A stretch of DNA of 62,325 bases, the filler included, from Chiloscyllium plagiosum (taxonomy: Eukaryota), in the NCBI RefSeq assembly GCF_004010195.1. It is 3 parts of one record of this genome, joined end to end, with 100 filler letters (N's around TTAATTAATTAA, not from the genome) between each part and the next. Parts side by side here need not be neighbours in the genome. Positions count along the whole stretch, not along the records: positions 1 to 27,777 come from NC_057717.1; 2 more parts are not named here. The stretch is one strand, 5' to 3'. The number at the start of each line of letters is the position of its first letter. The stretch's first letter is position 1. Positions 13,141-24,366 of the stretch are shown in pieces. Position numbers and translations under genes: made by a program. The notes beneath the pieces are model-generated. The model did not search any database. It was not told where the DNA came from and worked only from the letters and a program-made list of their open reading frames with translations.

Positions 13141-14059
13141 CACACCTCCATGGTCTGCATGACTCAGATTTCTAACGGTTACTTCAAATACAACAAAAAT
13201 CGTCGTGTACTCAAACAGCACAAAAGAAAACCAAGGCATTGTGGTCACTGTTCCCAAAAGGTCATTTCCAGCAAAATTTTCAATTGCTCTTCTGATCATT
13301 CAACACCAATCCTAAATAACGTGATCTCGACCTCAGTGTTCGACATAATGTTCATGTAAACCATCTCACACGTGGTCATGAAATGCATTTTTCCCAGCAT
13401 TAACATTCAATTGGGTTAACACAGTTTAAATATAATTTAAACATATATTATTACTGCAGTACTCACAAATGTGTATATCTCATTTCCTATTTTATTGCAT
13501 GTCCAGCATTTGTATTGAAGCTTTAACTTTGATATACAACTCCCATCAAGGTTTGCTCCACCTCACGAGATTCTGTGGAATCTGAGCGATGTGGGCTCTG
13601 GAGAGATTAATGGTAGAGATCATTTCGCCACATCATTTATGATCTTCACAAACTTTAATTTCTCCAGATCTCCCGTTATGCTGTGGCGTAGAGAAAGACA
13701 ATGGTCTTCCAACAATGCTCTGTATTCCCCCAGAGAGCTGAGACTGCTCTAACCTGGGTGGGTACCTTACAGCAGGCTGGTAAAGTGTTGCTGTTGCTGT
13801 ACAGGGTCTTAATGAGATCACATATGGAGCAGTGTGTACAGATTTAATCTCTTCAATGAAGAAATAATTTTGTTTTATTGGAAGCAGCTCGGAGATGGTT
13901 CGCTCAACTGATTCCTGCAATGAAGGTGCTAGCTTATAACGAAAGGATGACCAGGTTGACCCAGTAGCCAATGGAGTTTACAAACATTAAGGATGATCTT
14001 ATTTCAACATAGATGACAGAAGGAATCAACAAGTGAAGCGAATGACACAGATAATGGAG

Positions 14060-14770
14060 GAATCCATTCCGTTCTCCAGCCTGTTACACAGGAACAACAG
14101 GAGGATATTCAGGCCTTCGAGCTTGTTACACCAAAACAGGAAGAGGCTATTCAGCCCCTGGAGCCTGATACACATTTACAGAAGGAGGCCAATCAGCCAC
14201 TCGAGCCTATAACAGGCCAATCAGCCACTCGAGCCATGCTGCACCAGTATCCTGCTAAACAGCAACAGGATCAGTCCATTCAGCCTCCTCAAGTCTGTAA
14301 CACAGGAACTGGAAGAGGTCACACAGTGACTGAAGATTGTTACACTGGGATAACAGGAGGCCATTCAGACGCACCGAGCCTATTGCAATGGAATTGGATA
14401 GGATAAAAACTATCTGAGACTTCTTTCATGAGAAAGGAAGAGGTAATTTAGACACGTGTCTGTTGCATGGGAACAAGAGAAGACCAATCAATCCCTGGGT
14501 CCCATCTCTGGGATAAATGAGGATACCGTTCAGTATTTCCATGTGTTATTGAGAAGTATGAGAAGACCAGTGAGCCCCTCAAAATGTTACACAGCAACAG
14601 GAAGATTCCATAATCTCCCAATCCTCGAAAGCATCAACAGGAGGAGGTCATTCTGGCCTTGGAGATGGCGACATGGGAACGCCAGAAAGACGTCAGCCCA
14701 TCGAGTTTGTACACCAGCAGGATGATGAGTCCATTCAGCCACACATGGCTATTACACAGCAATTGGAGCA
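14060..14770 (+). repeat. Degenerate minisatellite, ~40-45-bp unit (approx. ACACAGGAACAGGAGGAGGCCATTCAGCCCCTCGAGCCTGTT)
   Basis: Recurring TTCAGCC..TCGAGCCTG..ACAC..GAACAGGAGG motif, roughly 15 diverged units. Confidence 0.8.
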
Positions 14771-14789
14771 GATCTCTTAAAAACGTGTG

Positions 14790-16430
14790 CCCATTAAATA
14801 GGAATTCAAAGAAAACGTAAAGTCTTTCAAAAAGGAAGAACTTATAATAATGGTATACATTAGGGACTAAAGTGTAACAATAAGCTATTATAATTTAAGG
14901 CTAATTGTTAGAGTCCATTGTTCAGGACATTTGCAAAGTTAAAACACAATCCGTCAAAGTCAACATGATTTTAAAAAGGACAATCAAGTTTGAAGTGTTT
15001 GCTTGAGTTTTTGAAGATGTCACAAACAAGATGGATCATGGGAGATGAAACATATCTGGTCTTCCTGAAGGCATCGGATAGGTCGCTTCTCCAAAGAGTA
15101 AGTGGTAAGATCAGACAACATGGGTTTAGGAGTAATTTATTAGCTTGGATGGAGGATTGGTTAACCAACAAAATGGAGTCAGATGGAATAAATGTGTCAT
15201 TTTATTTTGGCAAATGCAATTTGTGGGGTGCCATTGATTTCAGTACTCATGCCTCAACCATTTGCGATCGATGGTATTACTGTACTCGGTTGACGGAATA
15301 GAAAATACGATGCCACATTTTCAGATGACACTCACATCGGTGGGAAATTACTTCGGAATAATGATGCAAGAGATTAGAAAAGTATATGGATAGGTTGGGT
15401 GAATGGGCCAACATTTGGCAAGGAAGATTAAAGGGAATAAATAGGGGGATAAGCAAGTTGGCCAGTATAATAGAAAGACAAATTATTATCTAAATGGAGA
15501 GAAAGTACAAAGTGCTTAGGTGCAGAGCGATCTGGGTGTGTGCTTGCATATCACAGAAAATCTGCCTGCGGGTACTGCAAATAATGAGAAATGCAAGCAT
15601 AATTTTAGTGTTTATTTATAAAAGGATAGAGTAGAAAGGTGGGGAGTGTTGGTGTATCTATGCAAGGCATGGGTGAGGCTGCAACTGGAGTACAGTTTGG
15701 GTGTTCTGCAGAATGAGGTATTTCCATTGGAAGCAATTTAGAAGAGTTTCATTAGATTGATTCCATATTTGAAGTGTTTGCCTTATGAAGAGTAATTGAA
15801 CAGTTTATGCCTATACTCTCGAGTTTATAAGAATGAAAGGAGATCTCATTGAGGTCTGTAAAATGCTAAAGGTAATTGAAAGTGTAGATGTGGAGTGGAT
15901 TTTTTTTCATGTGGCGCAATCTACAACAAAAGACTAGAGTTTTAGGATGGAGAGATGGCAGGAGTGGAACAGAAGCCGTGTTGACATCAGTCTCATCGAG
16001 GGGTTGGATTCCTCACAGATGCTCCTTGTTCTTATTCAACCCTTTCTGTGTTGCACAGGAATGGGGGAGGACTGGGTATCATACAGGAAACAGACAATCA
16101 GGATAAATCAGTCTCAATCAGTTAGACAGAACATAACCAGAGGAACCACAGTGTCAAGCGCTGGGTTCTCAACTATTTACAATCTATATTAATGAACAGG
16201 AAGACGGAACAGATATACAGATGCTGAGTTTGGTGATGACGCTGTGGTAAGCAAGAGATTACATTATCAAGAGAGGGTGGAAAGTCTGCAAATAGATTCA
16301 GAGAGGTAAAGACAATAGATAATAGTTTGGCAGGTGGAATTTATCATGATATAACCTGTCATTTAAATTATAGGAATAATGGAAAGCAATATGTTACTGA
16401 AATGGAGAGGGATTACAGTACTTACTGATA
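14790..16430 (+). mobile_element. CR1 LINE RT fragments
   Basis: KCLLEFLKM, KIRQHGFRSNLLAWMEDWLT, FSDDT-like and downstream C-terminal motifs. Confidence 0.8.
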
Positions 16431-16444
16431 CTGTGTACTGGGGG

Positions 16445-17430
16445 GTTCACTCAGACCCGTTCAGACATGGGAGGTTTTGCTCCATCCTTGATCGTCTGCT
16501 CCCAGACACTCCAAGTGACCCTATTGCTCTCCGTACACATGGAATACTTTGATGTGGTTGATTGGCGGTGGGGATGGTGTTTTGAAACAGCCTTTATCCA
16601 ATATATATTAATTTCTTTCTACGTGGAGACCCGATGACGATGGGGATGTCTGACTGCTTCTGAATGAAGAGGCCGTGACTGCTGCCAGGGCAGTGAGTAT
16701 TCACCAATATGATGTATTGTAATGGGCACACTGTAACATTAATAGAGAGAGAGAGAGCTCCTTCAGTTCCTCTACCTCTCCCCATTGACATGGATACTCT
16801 GCAGATGCCATATACACCATCGGGAATCCCAGTATACTGGATACACCCGGCCCCTCCCTGCTGTGGGAGAAACAATGTATTTACCTCATCCACCATATAT
16901 ATCCTCCATCACCAAATAGTGACACTGATGTTGAGACACTGGGAGATGATGGCTATGTCACCTAGTCCTGCTGGAAAGTTCTGGATCATAGAAGCTGAGT
17001 GCAACAGTGACCCTGGCAGCACCGTCCTCCCCCTGGTGTGAAGCTGCAGGTCGTGTTGAAGGAGGTGACACCGCTCTGTGGCCAGCTCCTTGTTCAGTCA
17101 GGGCTCCTCACACTCTGCTCCTGGGTCAAGTGGAGTTTGGGAAGCTGTTCCTGGAAAACCCGGGGTGGATACAGCAGATCCCTTTGCCCACAAACACTCA
17201 CTCCGTGGTTTCAGAGTTCCCCTCTCTGCAGCCTCTGCTCCATTTGTTGTTCATGTTGCAGGCTCAGATGATGAAACTACAGTCCCTCTGCTCCATCTCG
17301 AGTTGGGTCACCAAATCCTCAGGTCTCCCTGAATGTCTGAGGCAACTTACAGCACAACCTCCAGCAAAACATCCCCTGCCCCTCCACTAAATTTTCAATT
17401 ACAGGAGCCAGTCAGAAACCCCTCGGTACA
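16445..17430 (-). mobile_element. Harbinger/PIF DNA transposon, decayed transposase (HARBI1-like)
   Basis: Stitched minus frames: YPPRVFQEQL..CHLLQHDLQLHTRGRTVLP..VTVALSFY..GDIAIISQ; INVTVC..IILVNTHCPGSSHGLFIQKQSDIP; ILDKGCF.TP; EQTI. These parallel the Harbinger DDE motifs PGSSHD and LGDKGY. Confidence 0.8.
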
Positions 17431-17431
17431 A

Positions 17432-18020
17432 GTGTTGTGGACCAGACCAGAACCCCCCAAAATACTTTAAGAAGGCCGTTTAGACCCAAACCTTTCGTTA
17501 TTTTGAATATAGATGGGAAGTGTCTGGTCAAACCACTCGACATTAAGCAAAATATAATCTATTCAAATGTTTTAGTTAAAATACAATCAAACAAAAGAAC
17601 ATTTTTGGATAGCTCATATGTTGGAACACTTACACAAACAATAGATACCGTATCTTCTTGGTTTACACCGCTTGGCACAAAGGTATATTCAAATACAGAT
17701 CCTTACAGCAGTTTTCCAATCCAGGGGGAAACAACATCAACAGATATCTCAGAGATAAAAGCAGCTGGGGATCATTGAAACTTACAAACCTTCTGAGATC
17801 CCCAGCAGCTTCTGAATGCTGCAGCTAAAAACAAAACGAGGAAACCTGGTCTGGGAGAGCTAGCCACTGCACTTCCATTGTTCCCACCGTTTTAATGAAA
17901 CCTAAAATCTCAGTTATTTATTTAATCTGTTTTCAGACAGCAGTTCTGCACCTCTGTCTTTAACACCTCTCTTCCAAAAAAAACCCAAGAGAAATTAACC
18001 TTTTTACAGTCATAGTATCC
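17432..18020 (-). mobile_element. Gypsy 3' LTR
   Basis: On minus it ends ..TGGTCCACAACA at ~17432 and is preceded by a purine tract near 18020-18035. Its ends resemble those of 31351-31840 and 56325-56809. Confidence 0.65.
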
Positions 18021-19598
18021 TTCCCAACTCCATCTTTAATAAAATAATCCATCAATATACAAAGATGGATTCATTTTAGACCTCCAAATCTTCCTCTATT
18101 AGCAGACTGAAATGCATATACATTACATTGACTGTGAGCATACAAATGTTCACAACTAGTTTCGATTTCAGTCATTTTACTCCTGCCACAGAATGCCTTT
18201 GTCTTTCTTCATCCAAGTCTCCAGAAAGTGTCAAGACTGTCTTTCTTCATCCAAGTCTCCAGAAAGTGTCAAGACTTTAGTTTTCTCGCCCTGTCATCTG
18301 TGTTGTTTCAAATTGAATGGCAGCAATAATAAGCTCAATCGAAACAGACTGGTATTTTTCTCCCTAAACTTCTCCAAAAACTTTAAGGAATCACGAACAG
18401 TGATAAAGATTTGTCTCATGTATGTTATCGGCAATGTAAATCTGAAATGTTGTAACACCAACACTAAGCTCAAGGCCTCCTTCCCCATTGTGGATTACAT
18501 CTGTTCATGTTTCCACTGGACACTCCAACCACACGTTACATAATGGAGCACTTCTCATCTCTCCAATACTCCATCTGAATGACATAGCTCCTTATGTCTC
18601 AGCATAAAATAATTACATACTTCTGTGTCGCTTAATGCTGTAATCTCTTTACCTGCTACTCCTGGCCTATGCCAGTAAACCTTAACAAGACCTCACACAT
18701 TCTTCTCCATCTCTCACAGAAACCAAACTTTGATTTCTGAACTCAATCATCATCATCAGCCATTTCAGCTTCTAATCTTGCCGTTTTAACTCTCTGCTCT
18801 TCCACACGAGTTTTCACGACTGCAGGAAGTGAATTGTTGAACTTCTCCAAAATAAGAATCTCTCTAAGAGTGCTCTGTTTTTAATACCCTTACCCACCTT
18901 TCAACATTACTTTGTTTGATCCTTTCAAACTCAATGTGCTTTTAACCAGGGACCCTTTTTTAGATTCCTGTAACGCTGTCTGCCAGCTTCTGGCACAAGC
19001 TCATATGCACTTCAGATGGCTTTCTTCACCACCTCATACTGGCCAGATACCTCCTCCGATAGGGATGCAAATACCTATCAGCTTTGGATCAACTAAATCC
19101 ACATGGTCACTGGTGTCTGCATTTGTTTAGCCACTTTCTCAAATGAAATTCAAAAGGCTTCCCCATCCTTCTCTTCAAATTTAGAGAATGCCTGGATGCA
19201 TTTAAACAGAACCCCATTAGGCCGTTGGTTACAATAGGGTTGCTCAACCGCACTATCCTCCTCATCCCACCGACCGTCTACCTCCATCTCCGCCTTCTAT
19301 GTCGACTTTCCTCTCTAACTGCTAACTTTTTAAGTTGAAACTCTCCACTTTTCTTCTGTCCTTTTCTCTCTTTCTTCTTCATTTTCCTTTCTTTTATTTC
19401 TACTTTTCATCATAATTCAAACTGTTTTAATTCCTTCTCATTTTCAAAGAGCCTCATTTGAAATTGAATTCCAGCCATTTCCAAAGAGTCTGATGGCGGT
19501 TCCACTAAATGTAATTGCCGAGCTATAGCTGTAATTATCTCTCATATTCTCACAGACAATCGCAACCCCAACTCCAGATTGTCTGTCAATTCCTACAG
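18021..19598 (-). mobile_element. Internally deleted Gypsy element: gag remnant joined to RNase H end
   Basis: Minus: ILILEKFNNSLPAVVKTRVEEQRVKTAR (gag, SCAN-like part) near 18760-18870; MGKEALSLVLVLQHF..KFLEKFREKNTSLFRLSLLL (RNase H) at 18294-18488. Truncated by the gap. Confidence 0.75.
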
Positions 19599-20098
19599 NN
19601 NNNNNNNNNNNNNNNNNNNNNNNNNNNNNNNNNNNNNNNNNNNNNNNNNNNNNNNNNNNNNNNNNNNNNNNNNNNNNNNNNNNNNNNNNNNNNNNNNNNN
19701 NNNNNNNNNNNNNNNNNNNNNNNNNNNNNNNNNNNNNNNNNNNNNNNNNNNNNNNNNNNNNNNNNNNNNNNNNNNNNNNNNNNNNNNNNNNNNNNNNNNN
19801 NNNNNNNNNNNNNNNNNNNNNNNNNNNNNNNNNNNNNNNNNNNNNNNNNNNNNNNNNNNNNNNNNNNNNNNNNNNNNNNNNNNNNNNNNNNNNNNNNNNN
19901 NNNNNNNNNNNNNNNNNNNNNNNNNNNNNNNNNNNNNNNNNNNNNNNNNNNNNNNNNNNNNNNNNNNNNNNNNNNNNNNNNNNNNNNNNNNNNNNNNNNN
20001 NNNNNNNNNNNNNNNNNNNNNNNNNNNNNNNNNNNNNNNNNNNNNNNNNNNNNNNNNNNNNNNNNNNNNNNNNNNNNNNNNNNNNNNNNNNNNNNNNN
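19599..20098. other. Assembly gap (500 N)
   Basis: Run of N. Confidence 1.
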
Positions 20099-20149
20099 AG
20101 GTTCCTCTACGTGTCTATGCAGTTCTTACCCTATCTTTCTGACCTTATC

Positions 20150-20400
20150 TGCTAGGAGTGAAATGGGGAGAAACTTCTTTACTCTGAGAGTTGTTTGGAT
20201 TTGGAATAGACTGCTTGAGAGAGGGGTGGAGGCAGATTCCGTCGGAGGTTTCAACAGACAGGTGTCTGTATATTTGAAAGCAATGAATTTAAAGGGCAAT
20301 AGAAATAAGGCTGGAGAATGGGACTAGCTGGGAGCTCTTTCTGGAGCTAATACAGACGTGATTAGTTGAAGGCCTACCTCTGTACCATAACACTCCAAGT
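20150..20400 (+). mobile_element. CR1 3' end fragment
   Basis: RNFFTLRVVWIWNRL motif. Confidence 0.75.
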
Positions 20401-21224
20401 GCAATTGAAATTCAATCATTAAGAGATCACTGGGTCAGTCTGACACAGGCTTGCTGGGCTACAGATACTCTGAAATGATGGCAAAGATCCTTTCAGTAAG
20501 TATTGTGAAATTCCATTGACTTACTAATGTCCTTTCAGGAAGGAAGACCTTAACCTGGTTTGGTCTATATGTGATTCCGAGATCCTTAAGAAATATGGTA
20601 ACTTAGCTAAACAAGCCAATTCAGTTCAGCTTGAACGCCGTGAATGAATTAAGATTAAAATAATGAAAACTTTTCTTCCTCCTAAAACTGGAGTCAGCTT
20701 CTATGCCCTAATATTTGAGTGCACCTCTGTGCAGAGTGCTGGGTGGTTTCTTCTTATTCATTCATGGGATGAGGGTGTCAATCGTGAGGCCAACATGTTT
20801 GCTCAGCCCTAATTGTGCAGAGGGTGTTTAAGAGTCAATCACATTGTTGTAGGTCTGGAGTCATATGTAGGGCAGGCCAAGTAATGATTTCATTCCTTCA
20901 ATGTACATGAATGAACCAGATAGATTTTTTTTCCTGACAACCAATAATGGATTCACACTCATCATTACACACTTAATTCCAGATAAACTGGTGATTATGG
21001 AAATTAGCTAGAAAAGAAAAGGAGGTTTTTATTTGTGTTCCTTTTTTTATAAAACCATCATGCTTTAAAAAAACATGTTTAAGTCAACACAGCAGCTGAC
21101 TGATTATCATCCTATAATCATTTATATTCCAATATTAGAGTTGGTGGTATAGTTAATCAGTTATATATAATTTATAATAATTCTGTCAAGAGAAAAGACT
21201 AAGTACTTAATTAAAACACATTAA

Positions 21225-22150
21225 AGATGGTAAGACTGGTGATGCATCATGATTGAAGTATTTGGTGCACTTGGACACCAGGCTGAGCCAGGTCAAACAC
21301 ATCTGCACAAAGTACTAGTGGCCAGAAGAACTTCAGTGAACAGTTTGTGAGCTGGAGCTCAAGGTGCAGACACGTGACACTTCAGGGTGGGAGTAAATAC
21401 TGAGATGTTTTGTACGAGGAGGCAATGGAATCCCTTAGGATCCCTTAGGGGATTTCAGTTGGTCAGTGCCCTGGAACATGTGGATGTGACACAAAGTGAG
21501 GGAGATAAGGGGTCACCAGATGGCAGGAGACCCCAAACTTTGCAGATTTTTGGCAGCTTTCTGGTTACTTTTTTGTTTCAATGAGAGTGAGGGCTACAGG
21601 TTGGTTTAAAATAATGAAATTGGTGTTGTAGTATAAGAAACCATTCAAATCATGTCAAGTGATATATGGAGGGGTAATAAAAAGGAAAATATGAATATCT
21701 TGTTACTAAGAACAATTGTAACAAGGGTTGACAATGCTCTCTTCAGCAAAGAAGTGAGAATCTGTGAAGGTGTTTGCCTACTAGCTTCCAGAATTTGGAA
21801 TACCAGCTCAGGGCTGAAAAGGAACTTGAAGGGGTTGGATCAACGCACGGTGGTCCATGTAGGAACCAACAGCTTAGACAGGACCAATAAAAAGTTTCTG
21901 TATAGTCAGTGTAATGAACTAGGCATGAAACCAAGAAGTATAACCTGAAAGCAATAATAATTTCATTATTGGCTAAGCAAAGTAAAAGTTGGAATAAAAC
22001 AAATAAAATGAAATTAATTGTTTGGTTTCAAAGAGTAGTTTTAGAGATGTAGATTCCAGTTCCTGAGGCAATTGGGATGGTCTCCAACAAAAATTTCTGG
22101 GGTCTATAATCTATTGAGAAGTGTAACTCAGGCAAGAGGGAAACTTTTTA
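21225..22150 (+). mobile_element. CR1 ORF1 remnant (zinc-finger region plus SGNH-esterase-like domain)
   Basis: HICTK-like motif near 21298; VVHVGTNSL at ~21850, matching the esterase VHIGTND motif. Confidence 0.6.
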
Positions 22151-22239
22151 ACTAAATATTGGCCAAAGGAGTCACACTTGGGATGATGAAATGAATCAAA
22201 TCCGAAGGCATTGTAGTAGAGAAAGTTATATTCATAGAG

Positions 22240-22710
22240 AAATAGAACATTGAACAGTACAGCACTGTACAGGCCCTTTGGCCCTTGATGTTGTGCTGAC
22301 CTTTTAACCTACTCCAAGATCATACTAACCTTCATACCCTTGAGTTTATTGTCACCATGTGCTTATCCAACATTTACTTAAATGTCCCTAATCTATCTGA
22401 CTTGACTACAATCACCGGCAGTGCATTTCATTTGCCCACCACTCTCTGTGTAAAGAACCGACCTCTGACATTCCCCTAAACCTTCCTCTAATCGCCCTAA
22501 AATTATGCCACCTTGTAATAACTATTTCTGCCCTCGGAAAAAAAATCTCTGATTATTCATTCCATTTATGCCTCTAACACTGATCAGCCTTACACTCACT
22601 CTGGTCATCCGCTTATTACTCATATTAGTGTAGAATGCCTTAGTGTTTTCCTTAATCCTACCCACTAAAACCTTTTCATGCCCCCTTCTAGCTCTCGTCA
22701 GTACATTCTG
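22240..22710 (-). mobile_element. CR1 fragments (3' tail joined to an internal ORF2 piece)
   Basis: RARRGHEKVLVGRIKENTKAFY motif and a CR1 tail (RFFTQRVVGK). Confidence 0.7.
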
Positions 22711-22939
22711 GTCAGAGAGCAACTGCCATAGAGAGAGAAAAACTGCTGGAAAGCTAACTGCCAATCTACATCTTGCTCTCAAAGAAATTAGAAAACACTC
22801 TGTATCAAAGGTATCTTTACATGTAAAGCCTATTCGCAGTAAAACAGAAAAGATGGTGATGAAGGGAAATCAACAGCAGGAAAACTGAAGACAGTGGAGA
22901 CTTTTCACTGGGGTGGGGGTGTCCAGAACTAGAGGGCCC

Positions 22940-23125
22940 CCACAGATGTGCAGGTTCAGTGGATTGGCCATGCTCAAAATTGCCCAAAATGCTCAAAATG
23001 TGTAGGTTAGGTGTATTACTCAGGGGAAATGTAGAGTAATAAGTTAGGGGAATGGGTCTGGGTGGGATACTCTTCAGAAGGTCAGTGTGGACTTGTTGGG
23101 AGAAAGGGCCTGTTTCTGCACTGTG
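22940..23125 (+). mobile_element. HE1-type SINE, 3' part
   Basis: GATGTGCAGGTT..GGATTGGCCATGCT..GGGAATGGGTCTGGGTGGGATACTCTTC..GGGCCTGTTTC, same family as 60011-60338. Confidence 0.75.
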
Positions 23126-23312
23126 ACAGAGACACAGTGGGGTCAATGTGGTCTCCCTGGGTCAGTGACAGAGACACAGTGGTGTCAGTGTAGTCTCTCC
23201 TGGATCAGTGACAGAGACACAATGGAATTAGTGAGGTCTTCCCTGGGTAAAGGACAGAGACACAGTGGGGTCAGTGTGTCTCCCCTGAGTCAATGACAGA
23301 GGAACAGTGGGG
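23122..23312 (+). repeat. ~42-bp minisatellite (GTGACAGAGACACAGTGGGGTCAGTGTGGTCTCCCTGGGTCA), ~4.5 copies
   Basis: Visible tandem units. Confidence 0.9.
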
Positions 23313-23329
23313 TTGGCCTGCTGTCCTTA

Positions 23330-23650
23330 TCCCTTCCACGTGTACTCAGGGATGACGATGTGTTTCCTCATGGATTCGGACATGTTGCCAGGCAGAGTTC
23401 TGGTCTGACACACCATGAGTGAGTCATAGCTCGTCAAGTCCCATCGAGACAAATGGAACTTATTGGGTCATTGCTTCTGAGAGTTTTATTCTTCTGAAAG
23501 AACTCTCCAGGGTTAGTCATTTGACCAGACCCTCCAATATGTTATTGTCTGTGATGTCGGTAATGAGTTGGATGGGAAGCTGTGTTTTTGGGGACTTCAC
23601 ATCACACAGTCCAGCATTAAACAATTCTCAGATCTTCAGTAATTTCAGTC
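23330..23650 (-). pseudogene. Possible decayed exon with weak plakin-repeat resemblance
   Basis: Acceptor-like CTCCTTACAG then LKLLKI*ELFNAGLCDVKSPKTQLPIQ..LESSFRRIKLSEAM with stops. Does not match any TE family I recognise here. Confidence 0.25.
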
Positions 23651-24249
23651 TGTAAGGAGGAGCTTGCTAGTCCTTTTGCTGAGACAGTTGTATCATCGAA
23701 AGCCACATGTGAAGTGTTGAAATACTGGACGGTGCCTGGTGGTGCCATTATTTAATTAAAAGTAAAGAAAAGATGGGAAATATATATATCCATGTGAGCG
23801 TGTCGTCAATAGTGGATAGATTTTGACAAAAACAAAGTTATGTCAAAAAACACAAAGAAGGAGAGACAGTTTATGTACTGTTTTCATTTGTTCAGTTCAG
23901 TGTTTGATTTCATTTTAATATTTCATGTTTAATTTTTTTTCTCATCTATTTTACATGATTCATATTAAATCTATAGTCAAGGAAAGGTAATTTATTTTTA
24001 TATATAAGGTGCTACTGAGAGTTTCTTTTTCAGACTAATGTTACTGACGGCATACAGGGCAAACTGAGTGTGATGACAAGTAGATTTAGAGAAGTGCTTA
24101 CACAACAGAATCAGTCAGACAGACGATTTACTGTCAGGAAAGATAAGAGGGTCATTCAGAAGTCTCCTACACTTATTTCTCGCTCCAACAGATACTCAAT
24201 TTTGTTCACTGTTGAAAGAGAAAGTCTCTCAGAGGAAAACAGAAGTTCA

Positions 24250-24366
24250 AAGTTTGTGCGAAGATTTGTAGCTCGGGTGCTCGTTGCTGTGGTTCTGTTC
24301 GCCGAGCTGGAAGTTTTTGTTGCAAACGTTTCGTCCCCTGGCTAGGCGACATCATCAGTGCTTGGG
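24250..24366 (-). mobile_element. Penelope-like terminal fragment, family 2
   Basis: Nearly identical to 38376-38488, which is linked to a PLE ORF C-terminus. Confidence 0.75.
24322..24361 (-). ncRNA. Minimal type-I hammerhead ribozyme motif (PLE family 2)
   Basis: Minus: GCA-CUGAUGA-U-GUCGCCU-AGCC-AGGGGAC-GAAAC-GUU-UGC, i.e. conserved core, stem II with one mismatch, palindromic stem III, 3-bp stem I. Confidence 0.7.

Noticed and set aside
13633..13971. 112-aa minus-strand ORF
   Set aside because: Its plus strand is a CR1 C-terminal remnant (YRVLMRSHMEQCVQ).
19515..20327. Longest ORF (270 aa)
   Set aside because: Artefact of reading through 500 N.
23122..23312. CRISPR-like periodic repeats (also 41640-41880 and 14060-14770)
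   Set aside because: Whole units repeat without unique spacers; eukaryotic minisatellites, no cas genes.
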